Assembly: GCA_003427395.1 (NCBI GenBank)
Contig: BFEA01000037.1
Coordinates: 335,862-399,861 of the forward strand
Direction: 5' to 3'
DNA: 64,000 bases
From: Chara braunii
Taxonomy: Eukaryota; Plantae; Charophyceae
Below, piece after piece: positions 35,100 to 47,748 of the stretch. Under the pieces are notes generated by a model. That model was not told where the DNA came from. It worked only from the letters and a program-made list of their open reading frames with translations, and ran no database searches. How positions within the stretch are numbered: position 1 is the first letter of the stretch; the number at the start of each line of letters is the position of its first letter. A program made the translations under genes and the position numbers.

Positions 35100-36516
35100 T
35101 GGCAACTAGAAGAAGGGGAGATGGATGGAGAGAGAGGGAGGAAGGAGGAGGGATAGATGAATGAAGAAGAAGGGAGAAAGGAGGAGGGAGAAAGGGAGGA
35201 GGGAGAGATGGACGAAGCAGAAGGGAGGAAGGAGGAGGGAGAAAGGGAGGAGGAACGAGGGAGTAGTGAGTTGACATGTGGACGGAGAAAGGGAGGAGGA
35301 AAGAGGAGGGAGAAGTGAGGTGCTGCAAGGGAGAAAGGGAGGAAGGAGGAGGCAGAAAGGAGGAGGGAGAGAGGTAGAGATAGACGATGAAAGAGGGGAG
35401 AGGAGGAGGAAGGAAGGAAGAGGGAGGGATGGACAAGGAAGAAGGAGAGAGGAGGTGGGAGGAAGGGACGAAGGAGGAGGGACGAGGAAGAAGGGAGAGA
35501 GGAGGTGGGAGGAAGGGAGGAAGGAGGAGGGAGAAGGGAAGGAGGAAAGAGGGGGCAGCGAGTTGAGTCAATCGATGCGTGGAGGATGGGAGGGGTGGAG
35601 TGAAAGGCCCTGTCGCTAACGTAACAAGGGCAAAAAAAAAAAAAAGGTGATTGGATGGTGGAGTGCTCGAAGGACGGATGGATGGAGACACAGGGAGGAA
35701 GGAGGAGGGACAGATGGATGAAGAAGAAGGGAGAAAGGGAAGAGCGAGAGATGGACGACGGAGGGAGGAAGGAGGAGGGACAAAGGGAGGAGGAAAGAGG
35801 GAGTAGCGAGACGACATGTGGAGGGAGTAAGGGAGGAGGAAAGAGGAGAGAGAAGTGAGGTGCTGCGTGGAGGAGGGAGTTCCTCCTTCCTTTCTCCCTC
35901 CTTCCTCCCTTTCTCCCTCCTCCTCTCTCCCTTCTTCCTCGTCCATCTCTCCCTTCTTCCTCGTCCATCTCTCCCTCCCTCCCTCCTCCTCTCCCCTCTT
36001 TTGACGAAAGAGGGAAGAGGAGGAGGGCGAGATGGACGAGGAAGAAGGGAGAGAGGAGGAGGGAGAAAGGGAGGAAGGAGGAGGGAGAAAGGAAGGAGGA
36101 AAGAGGGGGCAGCGATTCCAGCGGGTCGAGTCAATCCACGCGTGGACCAAGCGTGGAGGATGGGAGGGGTGGAGGTGCCGCGCGGAGTGAAAGTCCCTGT
36201 AGCTAACGTAACAAGGGCAAAAAAAAAAAAAGGTGATTGGATGGTAAACCTTTCTCCCTCCTTTCTACCTGTCCTTCCTCCCCCCTCTTTTCTCCTTCCT
36301 TTCTCTCTCCTCCTTCCTCCCTTTCTCCCTCCTCCTCTTTCCCTTCTTCCTCGTCCATCTCTCCCTCCTCCTCCCTCCCTCCTCCTCTCCCCTCTTTCGA
36401 CGAAAGAGGGGAGAGGAGGAGGGAGGGAGGAGGAGGGAGATGGACGAGGCAAAAAAAAAAAAGGTGATTGGATGGTGAAGTGTTCGAAGGACAGAGACAG
36501 GAGGAGAAGGGAAGAG

Positions 36517-36560
<44 letters not shown>
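35100..36560. repeat. Polypurine/polypyrimidine low-complexity block with internal direct and inverted duplications
   Basis: GGA/GAA tracts switch strand near 35880, 36005, 36250 and 36400. GGCAAAA...GGTGATTGGATGGT recurs three times. Confidence 0.85.
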
Positions 36561-36561
<1 letters not shown>

Positions 36562-37106
36562 GGCGACAACCCACCTCAACCGGCTCGGTGATTCCTCCTC
36601 GCTCCCGCTGCCTGCTCCTGCTGCCTACTGCTGCCTCCTGTTTCTTGCTCGGGCTGGTGCTGCTGATGAGGGGCGGGCACGATCGACGACGAACGGCAAC
36701 GAACATGTACCACACGACGGCTGCCAAAGTGACAAGGCACAACTGGCAGGTCAGTGAAGTGTCGGGGTACCCAACGGCGACGTGGGGGAGGCCTGAGTAG
36801 ATCGAAAACGAACTACTCAGATCTCCCCCCAAAACTTTTACCGGCCCTCCACTTGGCCCGAAAAACTTTTTTCATGCCCCCGGTGGCAATTTCCCCCGGT
36901 ACCCCTCCGGGCCTCCCAACCCCCCCGAAACTTTTTTTTTTCCCTCCACGACCCCTGTTTTGGCCGATGCGCCGCATGCCGTTGTCGGGGCAAATACCCT
37001 GACAAGGGTATTTGCCGGGGGTTTTCAACGCCAGACGCTGTCCGACACTGGGGCTTGATGAGACAGGCGTTTGCCAAATGGGATTGCGGGGCAATAGTCT
37101 TGCGGC

Positions 37107-39110
37107 GCGCCACATGGCGCTATACTTCACGACCCAACTCCCAGGCCTCAAATCGAGCATGACATCTGGCCGACATCCCGAAGCCAACGGTTTGGCAGAG
37201 GAGATTAACCAGACCGTGTTTCAACTTCTTCGTGCTTTAATCATTCCGGATCAGAAAACGTGGGATGAAGAGTTGTATTCAGTCAAGGGGTTGTACGACA
37301 ACTCCATCCATTCTTCCACCTGCATGATGCCAAACAGGCTGCATTATGGTAGGCAGATTCATAATCCGATCTCCTACTTATTCCTAGCAGCCGGCTAGTC
37401 TAACACCCGGGAGGCCTTGGCTTCAGTGCAGGTATGATCGTCTGCTCAAGGTTGCCATGATCCATCATGCAAATAAAAGACGTCAACCTTCGACTATTAA
37501 AGTGGGAAGTTATGTCGGGGTCAAAATGTCATGCAAACTTCTCCCTCTCTATTATGGTCTGTGGGAAGTTCTAGACATGTTTCGCAATGATGATTTCGGT
37601 CCTTCATATGTAATTGTCGTGCCTCCTCATCTGCGCACATACCTAGTCTTTCATGCATCAAAGTTATATATATATCGTGATGTCGAGTCCTTCGACTATC
37701 GTAAAGACATGATTCCCCGTGCAATCAATGGCGGTCACGAGATCGATAGAATAAAAAAACACGTAGGGAAGGGATGTAACAAACAATATCAGAGTTACTT
37801 CATGTATCATCCATTAGACGATCTCTAAAAAGGAACTTCTGCGTAGCGCACCTCGGGTTGTTAAAGCATACGAACCACAAATAGCCTCTAATGCCGTAAC
37901 TAAAATCTTTGCAAAACCCACTGCTACCAAGTACTCACAAAATCTCCTCACTATGTTCTCTTAAGGTGCATTTGTCGGGGACTCACAATGAGTTACTCAC
38001 TCGAAGGGACCTCGCTCTTGGGAGGGGGGTAGTGTACTAACCTGCCAAACACGGACTAAGACACAAAACTTATTTATGAGTTTTACTCGTGGAATGTATG
38101 CCTTACTTAGTTTCTCGCTTGTTGCTAAGTTTTCCGAGTCAGTGTGGGTGCATGCTTGGTGGTGTGCATGCTTGTTTGAGTCTTTGTCGATTTGAGTGTG
38201 TGTGTGACCCGCAAGGGCACTTGGTTGTTCGGAAGGCCCGAAGGGCCTGTACTTCAGGCCGTGAGATTGAGGGTTGCAGCGGGGACAACACTCGAATGGC
38301 GGGGAAAGAGGCCCGCGACACTAAGAACAACAAAAAACACTCAAGTAGCAGGTGGATGTGTTGGGTACTCCAAGTCGAACAGCGAAAGACAAAAGTTGGC
38401 ATTAGTTGTAGGTCTATGCGGAGCGGATACCAATCCAACCAGTCTGAGTCTAGGGCCAGATGTTTCCCTCCGAAAGGGAGGAGGAACCGGTTGCTTGGAG
38501 GCCGCACAACCTAGGAAGTCTCTCGCCAAGAGGCAACCAGGCCGCTACATCTCCAGGAGGAGCAAGGTGCTCCTCCTCATTGTCAGTGTGCAAGTTTGAC
38601 GACACATTGGAGCGTTGGCTGGAGCAGCGCTGCTGGGGAAGGAGCAAGGAAAGGAGGAGGAAGAAGACCAGGACTAGGAAGGGAGAGCGCCAGAGGTACT
38701 CACTTGGCTATGGTGGTTGCCATCTTCATCACCTCGGTGGGCGCTGCGGCAAGAAGGCCCCAATGGGAATAGAGCTACACCAAAAAGCTTTGAGGCAAAG
38801 TCAAGCATGGCGGCTTGAGCTAGAGCAGCCATAGCTGCTTGAGTTGTCTTCTGCACATTAGGGGAAGGTCCTAGCAGTCCACAATAGCCTAGGCCTTTGC
38901 GAAGAGGAAGGAGGAGGGTGCCATGGCTATGGTGGACCTCATGTGATACCTACTGTAGAAGAGGGATTCAGACGAATAAAAGGGCAAATCATCTTCTTCT
39001 TCTTCTTCTTTCCCTCTCTCTCCTCTCAAGTTCATTCATTTCTTTTTGCAATTGGACGACATTGTACTTTCTGATTAACGTGTACATCGAAATTGGTCAG
39101 GATCATAACA
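37107..39110 (+). mobile_element. Chromovirus-type Gypsy 3' end: integrase C-terminus, chromodomain-like segment, PPT (38020-38032) and 3' LTR (38033-39110)
   Basis: SGRHPEANGLAE, KLLPLYYGLW, VFHASKL, EIDRIKKH...KQY; GGGAGGGGGGTAG|TGTAC...TAACA. Confidence 0.85.
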
Positions 39111-39685
39111 CCTGTGTGAACCCACACTTTGCTTGACCGTATTTATTTTGAACCTTCAAAAGAAAATGTAGAGGAAGCAGTGTGCGAGTCATGCATTTGA
39201 AAGGTGAGGGCTAACTTGGGTGCGGGGTTCCATTGGTTTGTTTTCAATTCGTTTTGTTTGTTTCGAGTGCGGATAGGTAAAAGAATACTTGCAAAGGAGA
39301 AATGATTTATGCCTATTTCAAAGAAAGGGAACAAGGATTGTCTTCTTTCTACCTCTCACCCGTCTGCATGTCAAAAGGACTTGTGTTTTGAAGAGGGTTG
39401 ATCCAGTGGGCGCTATAAAGAGAATTTGATTCAAAGAAAGAAAACGAAATTAAAGTGATTTAGCCTTTCTTGAGGTCTACCCGTTCCATCCCTAATTCCT
39501 TTGCCTCTTTTTCATTTAAGTTACATTGAGCTTAGGGAAAATGGTAACAACTAAAATCTACTCATGGTCGACATGTTCTCTCTTTCTATGAAGTATCAGG
39601 GGTGAGGGTTTGTCACCTTGGGAGTCGGCCCTGTAATCGATCCAGAGTGGACCGTTCTACGGAGTACTTTGTCGATTCGGCCTTG
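39111..39685 (+). mobile_element. Family Y fragment in the opposite orientation (target of the preceding LTR)
   Basis: CCTGTGTGAACCCACACTTTGCTTGACC is the reverse complement of 27508-27535; module B reverse complement at 39620-39680. Confidence 0.75.
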
Positions 39686-39749
39686 TAGGTTACGCCTACC
39701 GGTAGCTTTAGGGTCGGGCCTTGACAACCGCTAGGTACTGGTGGTTTAA

Positions 39750-42700
39750 AGTAACAGTATGTACACTATTATTATATGCACTTGCAATTTTATCCCAATC
39801 TACTTGATCGCGTCATACATACATGCGCAAAAGTTGTTGGCACAGACAATTCATTTGTTCGTTTGGCCATTCGTTTTAGGGTGTCTACCTAACGACATGG
39901 TCAATCCGGACATAGGCTTTCATTAACTTCAGCCATTGAAGTCCAGTGAACCGAACATCCCTATTAGAGACGATGGTTTTTGGGAACCCATATTCTGAGA
40001 CCCATCGCATCTGTAACTTTTGGATGACTAGTTCAGTCTTAGCTTCGACAGACAAAGGAATGAACATAGCATATTTTGAGAATTGATATACAATGACCGT
40101 TACCTGGCTGTTGTCGTTTCGACTCTTAGTGAGACTCGTTAAATCAATAGAGATGGGCTCACCTGACTCACTTGGAATAGGTAGCGGTCTTAACAGTCGC
40201 AGGGGATTCTCATGCAAGGGCTTATTCCTCTGGCAAACAAGACAAGTCCGCACATAGGTTAGCACATCCTCTTTCATTCCTTTCCATTCAAAGCGTTCTC
40301 TCAAATCGGCACACGTCTTCTTGAAACCGAAGTGTCCCTCGATATCATGGCATTCCCCAATAATTAGACTTTTTATTTGTTCTTTATGAGGAATACAAAG
40401 TCTTTCTTCGGTCTTATCGATAAAGAAGAGTGCACCATCCATCATTTGATAATCGGGAAAGAGTTCAGGGTTCCTTTGTAGGGTTCCAATAACATGACTC
40501 CATATTTGATCTTTCAGTTCATCCCAACATCGAGATAGGAGAATAATTCCAAAAAAATCGACACACTCCGCAACCACATTGGACTTGTCTTTGATTGTCT
40601 TTAGTTCAAAGTCAAATGTGTCTATGAAAGCAGACCATCTTACTAACTTGTGAGAGAGTTTAGGTTGGGTCTTAATCTACTTCAGGGTAGAGTGGTCTGA
40701 GTGGACAGTGAAGTATGTCCCTAGCAAGTACTGCTTCCATGTGTCCAGTGCAGCAACTAAGGCATACAACTCCCTTTCAACGTGGAGTTGACCACTTTTT
40801 CGAACATAAACTCAATAGGGTTATATCCCTTGCCTTCGTCTTGTTGTAGCACAACCCCAATTCCATAATGACTTTTGTCGGTAGTAACAACGAAAGGGAG
40901 AGAAGGATCAACAATCTTTAAGACAAGATAGCGAGTCAGTATATGTGTCAACTTCTTAAACGATAACTCACAATCTTTGTCCCACAACCAAGGTTTTCCT
41001 TTCTTCAGTTTCTCATAGGTGCAACTATCAAGGAGAGGTTCCTTAGAAACTTCCTATAATAACTAGCAAATCCTAGGAAAGACTTGAGCTCAATGACGGT
41101 CTTAGGTTGGGGCTAATCTCGAATTGCTGTTATTTTTTTCTCTTTGGGCCTTAGTCCTTCTTCGCTTACTATATGCCCTGAGGGTAGCACTTCAGGCTTA
41201 GCAAACTCAAATTTCTTACGATGTAGTTTGAAGTTGCCTTCACACAACTTCTTCGCTTACTATACACAAGAATATCGTCGAGATATACAACTACGAACTA
41301 ATCCGAATATTGACGAAACAATTCATTCATAGACCTTTCGAAGGTAGCAGGAGCATTAGTCAACCCGAAAGGCATAACCACAAACTCGTAGTGACCATAC
41401 CTGGTTCGGAAGGCTGTCTTTTATTGATCCTCATGAACCACCTCGATCTGGTGGTACCCTGACTTGAGATCAATCTTACTAAAGTACATGCATCCCTGCA
41501 ATTGGCCCAACAAGTCGTCAATGCACAAAAGTGGTTCCGCGTTCTTAATAGTCACGACATTCAACCCACGATACTCGATGCATATTCCAAGTTCACCTTC
41601 CTATTTGGGCACAAATAAGACAGGAGCATCATAAGGAGATGAGTTGGGGTGAATCCATCCTTTTTCAATTAGTTCTTGCAATTGTTCTAGAGTTCCTCAA
41701 TTCCCTAAGAGACATACGATAGATGGGACCCTTGGGAATCTTACTACCGAGAATAATCTCAATCGTGTGTTTAATAACATGCTCACTGATTCCTTTTGGC
41801 TCAGTCTGCAAGTCGTTATACTCATCAAGTAACCTCTCAATGGAAGAAGGGTAGGATGAGGAACATTCTCCTACTCGTTTAACGAGCACCATCATGACAC
41901 TTCTTCTTTGAGACCATAGACCTAAAGGTTGGGTAACTCATACAACAAACAGACAGTGACGAGTCAGAGTCGGACTTGTGATACAATTTAATTGCTCTTA
42001 ATTCGGACTTTTCGTCCTTGAGCGTTGCGATCTTCTCCGTGAACCTAACTTCTAGAAAGGCTCCCTCGTGCCAATCCATTCCCAGGATTATGTCAAAGGG
42101 TAGGTTCTTCTTAATTATGAAGGATATTTCGTGTAAGATCTTTCCTTCCTTAGTCCTGAAATAGCATTTGACACGATCGACACATAGAGAGACAGTGATC
42201 GTGCTCTTGTCAGCTTACATAGACGTGATAGGTCGTGGCAACTCCATTACCTTCATTCCCAGATGCAACTTACGAATTGCCTTCTCCGAGATGTAGGACC
42301 ACGTTGATCCTGAATCTAACAAGCCACCCACTCGCGTGCGTACAATCTCAATATCGACAATCATTAACTCACCCTTAGACTTCGCTTTCTTAGCCCACGA
42401 ACTCCTTAAACCACTAGTACCTCCACCAATGTTGGGAAATTACGATGTTTTGCCAGTTCCCGAAATTATCGGGGGTGGGACACAGGGTCGGCACTGTCCC
42501 ATAAATCATATTTTTATATTGCCCGCGAATGAAAGAAAAAGAAAAGAAAAAAAAAAACCATCTCTACTGCAATGACGTCGGGCAGCCTGGGCAGGGTAGT
42601 CCTGGAGGCCGTGCTCGGAGTCTTCCTCCAAAGAATGCACCTCACCGGTAAGGCGGCCACATTCAAGATGTTGCTGTTTTCTTTTTTTTCTTGCTCGTGT

Positions 42701-45700
42701 GTTTCTTACAAGTCCCCTGCCAATGAGGCAAAGGGGAATCCGTGAATTGCTCAAGCCATCCGTGATCTGCTCGAGCTGCGTTTTGTAAGAGGATTGTAAC
42801 ACTCGTCACACTGGTACTAAGGGGAATGTATCCAGCCATTTTCACGATCGGATCCGTGTGCCCGTTTTTTTCCCCTTCTATTCTCTTTTTCGAATCAGAC
42901 AACTTGGCCACGGGCTTGAGATGCCCTCACTGAGGGCACACTCACACTACCACTTCCAAAAATGTATACAACTGCAATCACGACCACCGCTTTGTTTGTT
43001 TTTTTCTTTTTTTTTGAATTCACGGCTGCAACTTTTTTTTTTTTTTTTTTTTTCCCGTGAGAGTACCAGAAAGAAAACGGAGTGGTACCCAGGCTCGGCG
43101 AACTTGGAGCGCAGTGAAATTCAAGGTCGACAAAAACTGACTCGGAGGTACTAGTGGTTTAAAGTTATAAGTTCGTTTCCGTGTTCGTCAAGGGAACCGT
43201 CTAGTGAGACAAAACATAAAACTATATCAAGGTGTTCTGGACGATGGGCCAAGCAAGAGCCACCCTCTGCCTTATGAGTCGAGGGGTTGAAAGGGGTGAT
43301 TGGCGCCTTACCTTTGTCTGAACCCCTCGACTCAGTAGGAGCAGATGCTTCTCCTACTGGCTGCTCCCTTTTGGGTTTCGAATGAGAGGGCACCATGCTA
43401 TGATATGCCCTACAATGCCACATTTCAGGCACTGCCTGTTATCCATTTGTTCATGTGACTCTTCCCGTGATACACCAAATTTTCCCCAAGTTTTTTTGGT
43501 TGCAATGTCAGTGTGCTCCGGAAAGGAGTGTGGCCTCTTCTTCTTGTTCCAAGGTTTGGTGCCACCCTTGTTGGCCACCACAGTAGCGACGTCACCCTTT
43601 CCTAACTCACTGTTGTTAGTTCCTCCACCCTCGGCCGCATCAAGGGACAGTTTCTCCATCGTGTCATCATCAAACACAACAAGCATGTGGTCCTGTCGCT
43701 TTTGCTGCCACAGGACCCATGTCCCATATGTGCCAACCGGACCAATCTTCACAACAGACACATACGTTCCTTTTACCTGTGCGGTCATTTGCTCCCTCTA
43801 GAGCGCGAGGTCACGAAACTGCCTATAGTTGTACTGATCGGATTTGGCCTCGGCCACGAGATGCCCTTGGATGGGTTCTGACAAAGCTCGAGAGAAGATA
43901 CAAAGGACTTGATTCTCCTGCAGGTTCAACCCTGGTACCTACAACGTTTTGTCCAGGAAGCTCTCCTTAATCTTTTGGAGGAATTCCTGGAGGGTCAAAG
44001 TTTTAGCCCACTCACCTATGTCCTCGAAGCCAGCAACATTAGCTTCGAACAATACCCATTCCTTGGCTGTCTCTCCTAGACATGATGTTGTGAAAGCCAC
44101 TTGGCTTTCAGGCTCCACCTGTGCAGTCCCACAATATATCTGGATCTCAGCGATCCAAGCAACAAATGCTCACCTCTCTTTCCGTTGTAGGTAAAGGGAA
44201 GTTTCATTTTCACCTTTTCTTTTCTTTTCGGCTTCTCAACTTCCTTGGCTGGTTCCTTCGTAACAGGTTCTTCTTTCTTTCCCGCTAGTTTCTCAATTAC
44301 TTTCTTTAAAGTTTTGGGTGTTTCCGACGTTACCCGTTTCATTGCATCCTTCATGAGCTTCTCCTGGGGTTCTTTTTTTTCCTTCCCCCTTAGCCTCATC
44401 TCCAATCACCACCTTTTCCTTAACTTTAACGAGTTTGGTCACCGTCTGCAATGAGGCGGTGTTGCTCTCAATTTCCATCTCAAGGTGGGCAAGGCAGGCC
44501 ATCATCGTGTTTCAGAACGGATCGAGGTCAAATTCCGCTCCTGCAAAGTGAATTTTTTTTTCGACTTCTTAATTTTTTCCTCTTACTGTTTTTTCTCTCT
44601 TTTCCTTTTCCAGTGCTCTTCCATCTTCCTTCTTTCTTCCTACAAGGCTTCTTCCAATCGTCTGATTTTTTGCAACAGGATTTCTTGAGACAATTGTGGT
44701 TCTTCTTTCTCTTCACTTCTTTCTCCCTATTCTTCTCCTTCCTCCCTGCTTGTGGCTATCTTTGACAATTGATCAATCACAATTTTGTCGACTCTGAATG
44801 ACAACCTGTTGTACATGAGGACTGAATTCCATCATCTGAACAAATGTGTCAGCCTTCTCCAGTTCGCTTTCTACTACCCGCAGATCGAACTAGCTGCGCA
44901 CTTGCTGTTCAGCATCGACTCCAACATGTAAGTTGGTGATCAACTTATGCAGACGGCCCAACATCCCTTGCCGTCTGTTTTCAATCTGGCCACGGGTTCT
45001 CAATGCACTTCCTTCCTCATCGGCAAAGAAGGTAAGGGAGACAGGGTAAAAGAAGTGAGGGACGAAACGAGTCAAAACAGAGAGATGCTGAGAATTCTCG
45101 AGGTAAGACATTGTCACAATTATGTTTGCCTCACAACAAATAATTACAAGACAATAATTAATTCCACGGCCACACTTAATTTCAATTGCCTATAACAAGA
45201 AATAAATAACAGAAAATAAATAAGGAACAAATTTCCATTTTTCCTAGTTCTAACTTCTTTTGTTTGTCCTATGTGTGATGACGTCTTAACGAGTGTACAG
45301 GTACCGCAGCCACGGCCAGTGTGATCAAGACACAACAACACAGGTGAGTATGTACACCAACCATAGAACAATGAAGACAAGTGAGTAGAGTCAGCCAATA
45401 ACCACAATCAATCAATCAATCATCAACAGCTCATCCTCTACCGGTTGTCACCCTGTGAATGCCAATGCAGCCAGGCACAAGGGCCGACGCATGGCACTAT
45501 AACCAATCGTGAAGCCGTACCGCCCGCAAGCGCACAAGTGCAAGTACCAACACCTCACCCACGGCAGCGTACAAACATGCAGCGTGTCACCCCTGGAACG
45601 CTGACGCAACACGTGTCATGTCAACGTCAAGGGCCAGCAAGGCGTTCAGCTGGGATGCCATGTCAGCAATGCCTGAACTGCCAACTCATCTACCACTAGT

Positions 45701-45868
45701 ATGCTTCCTCAGATTTAAGTAGCACCGATGGAGTGTGGAGCGCCACGTCAGTAGATAAGTCGCGACACAGTTAAGTGCCACGTCAGACAATACCCTGCCA
45801 ATTCTAGGACGCCACGTTAGCACCCTTGCGCTATGCCACATAAGCCACGCACCATGTCAGCAGCCTCT

Positions 45869-45904
<36 letters not shown>

Positions 45905-46812
45905 TAGCTCCACGTCAGCGTACAGCCAATGATGCTCTCGTCGGTATCCTACCGGGTTAGCAACAAAGCGCCACGTAAGCAATGCCGCCGTCTTCACTTC
46001 AAGGTGTCCACGTCATCATCTTCAAGGGAGCGTGTGGACGCGGGTGGAAGTCAATGTCTAGACTCGCCATAATAATCGCATGTGTTAATTTACGCGTTTC
46101 TCTCCTATCACGCGCAACACTTCCCACTTACCTGGGCGCCACGTGGTGCCTGACACCCAATAGCGACGAAGAAGGTATGCTCTGATACCAATTTGCACTG
46201 AACCCAATCTACAGGATACTCGTCAGATGTCAAAATACAAAAGATCTCAGTTCTGAATAATTGTCTCCAAATAATTGTGAATGTGATATGTGAAACAATG
46301 TCTCGTATCCAATAGACAAAGAGAGGAGAGGGGGCATAGACAAATTAGAGGGTGGAAGAGATATCCATCAACGACCACAGAGATAGCAGCCCAACAATAC
46401 CCTCTCCTTCTCCGAGCTTCCCTTTCTCCTCCCGTCACTATAAGCGTCCAATAACGAGTTAAATTGGCCAGATCACATCAAAAGTGCCACGTGGCACAAT
46501 TCTCCGATAAGAACGTTCAGCAGCCCACAATATCGACATCAACCACAGGTGAGTATCGCGTTCTCTCTCAATCATCCACAGATCCCGATCTCCCTCCTTG
46601 TCGCATCCAACTCAGCAATGAAGACTGTGTGGCAAATGCCATGTCAGCAATGAAGACAGAGTGGCATGAGCCACATCAACCATGTCGAAGACAGCGTGGC
46701 CTTGCGCCATGTCAGCAGAGGTTGACGCTGAAGCAGCAAGTGCCAGCATGCAAGTCACAGTGCCAACGTCAAGCCAGCGTCCAGCTAGTGTCAAGCTAGT
46801 GTCAAGTCAACA
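39750..46812 (-). mobile_element. Ty3/Gypsy element, 3'-truncated: 5' LTR (about 46194-46812), PBS 46179-46190, gag, protease, RT, RNase H, integrase; pseudogenised
   Basis: PBS TGGTATCAGAGC; zinc knuckle CLKCGIVGHIIAWC; LLDSGST; DLKSGYHQI; [10 protein letters not shown]; TTDKSHYGIG; H-H-C-C integrase zinc finger. The LTR start at 46812 is tentative. Confidence 0.9.
42410..43158. mobile_element. TTAA-targeting non-autonomous TIR element (749 bp)
   Basis: TTAA|ACCACTAGTACCTCC ... GGAGGTACTAGTGGT|TTAA. Removal restores the Gypsy frame (NELITL-RSSWAKK). Confidence 0.9.
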
Positions 46813-47748
46813 TAGCAAGACTAAATGTTGACTCCTTGGAGGCTGACCTTTATGTAGTGTTTGACGACGCTGACCGGCCTCAGGTCTCCCACCCACAGTG
46901 GCTAAGATTAACTCACAGCCGAGGTCCTGGATTGTACAGTTGCAGACTTCCACTTGGTCCGAATGTTGTCTTGGTACCTGCATACAAACAAGTGTGTGTG
47001 TCTGAGCACTGGCCTGGGTTGGGTCCATGCAGACTTCGAGTCTTGGGCCTCGAGCAGTTCACCGAAGTCAATTGTCTGGCGCTCATGCCCTTGAGCCACT
47101 TTGGAGGGGTATTTTCCCCTTTCGCACCCCACGACCTGAGGTCGGGTCGCGACCAAGCCAGACCCTTAGACTTTCGACGAGGCATATAGAGCGGGTTACT
47201 GCAATCGAAACAACATTGAAACAATCTTGCAAACCGCCTTGACGGACGCGGTAATGTTGTCCTCTCGCCGCTCTAGCCTGGTGCGCCAGCTGTACTTCCC
47301 GCGGTCTCCTACGACAGGATAGGTTCCCGCAAAGCACAACTTACCTTCCCTAAGGGGCTGCCACCACCCTTTGGGGCGTATCCCTATCGAACTACTGATC
47401 CATGTGCGAAAGCTTTTATATGCAATTGCAGAGGTAGATCAGTCGAGGACGTTTGCTCGATTTGTTGTAGTATGGGAAACGCTTGGTTAAATGCCAAGCA
47501 GACCCGGACCCGGACGTCGTCCGTCCCTTAGGGTGCTAATCTCCTAAGTACGAAACAAATGTCGGTCAACTAGGACGGTCCCAGCCAAGCGTGGAAACCA
47601 CTAAATAATCCTAGTCCCTTAGACGTTAGTTGAAGAAAGTGATAATAATCGCACTCAATTACATCAGTAAATGGGTCATAGCCGATAGGCAGGTATATAT
47701 CATTAACGATAACTGAAAGTACCCGAGCAACACATGGTGGAACTAATA
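46813..47748 (-). mobile_element. Family Y fragment (copy 3) containing structured module A
   Basis: 47240-47620 aligns with 19105-19470 and 26005-26378. Confidence 0.75.

Noticed and set aside
34949-36832. Long Ser/Pro/Leu- or Arg/Glu/Gly-rich ORFs
   Set aside because: Stop-poor GA/TC low-complexity DNA, open in many frames.
42412-43156. CACTA transposon (CACTAG...CTAGTG)
   Set aside because: Flanks are inverted (AAC/GTT), not a 3-bp direct TSD. TTAA duplication is what restores the host frame.
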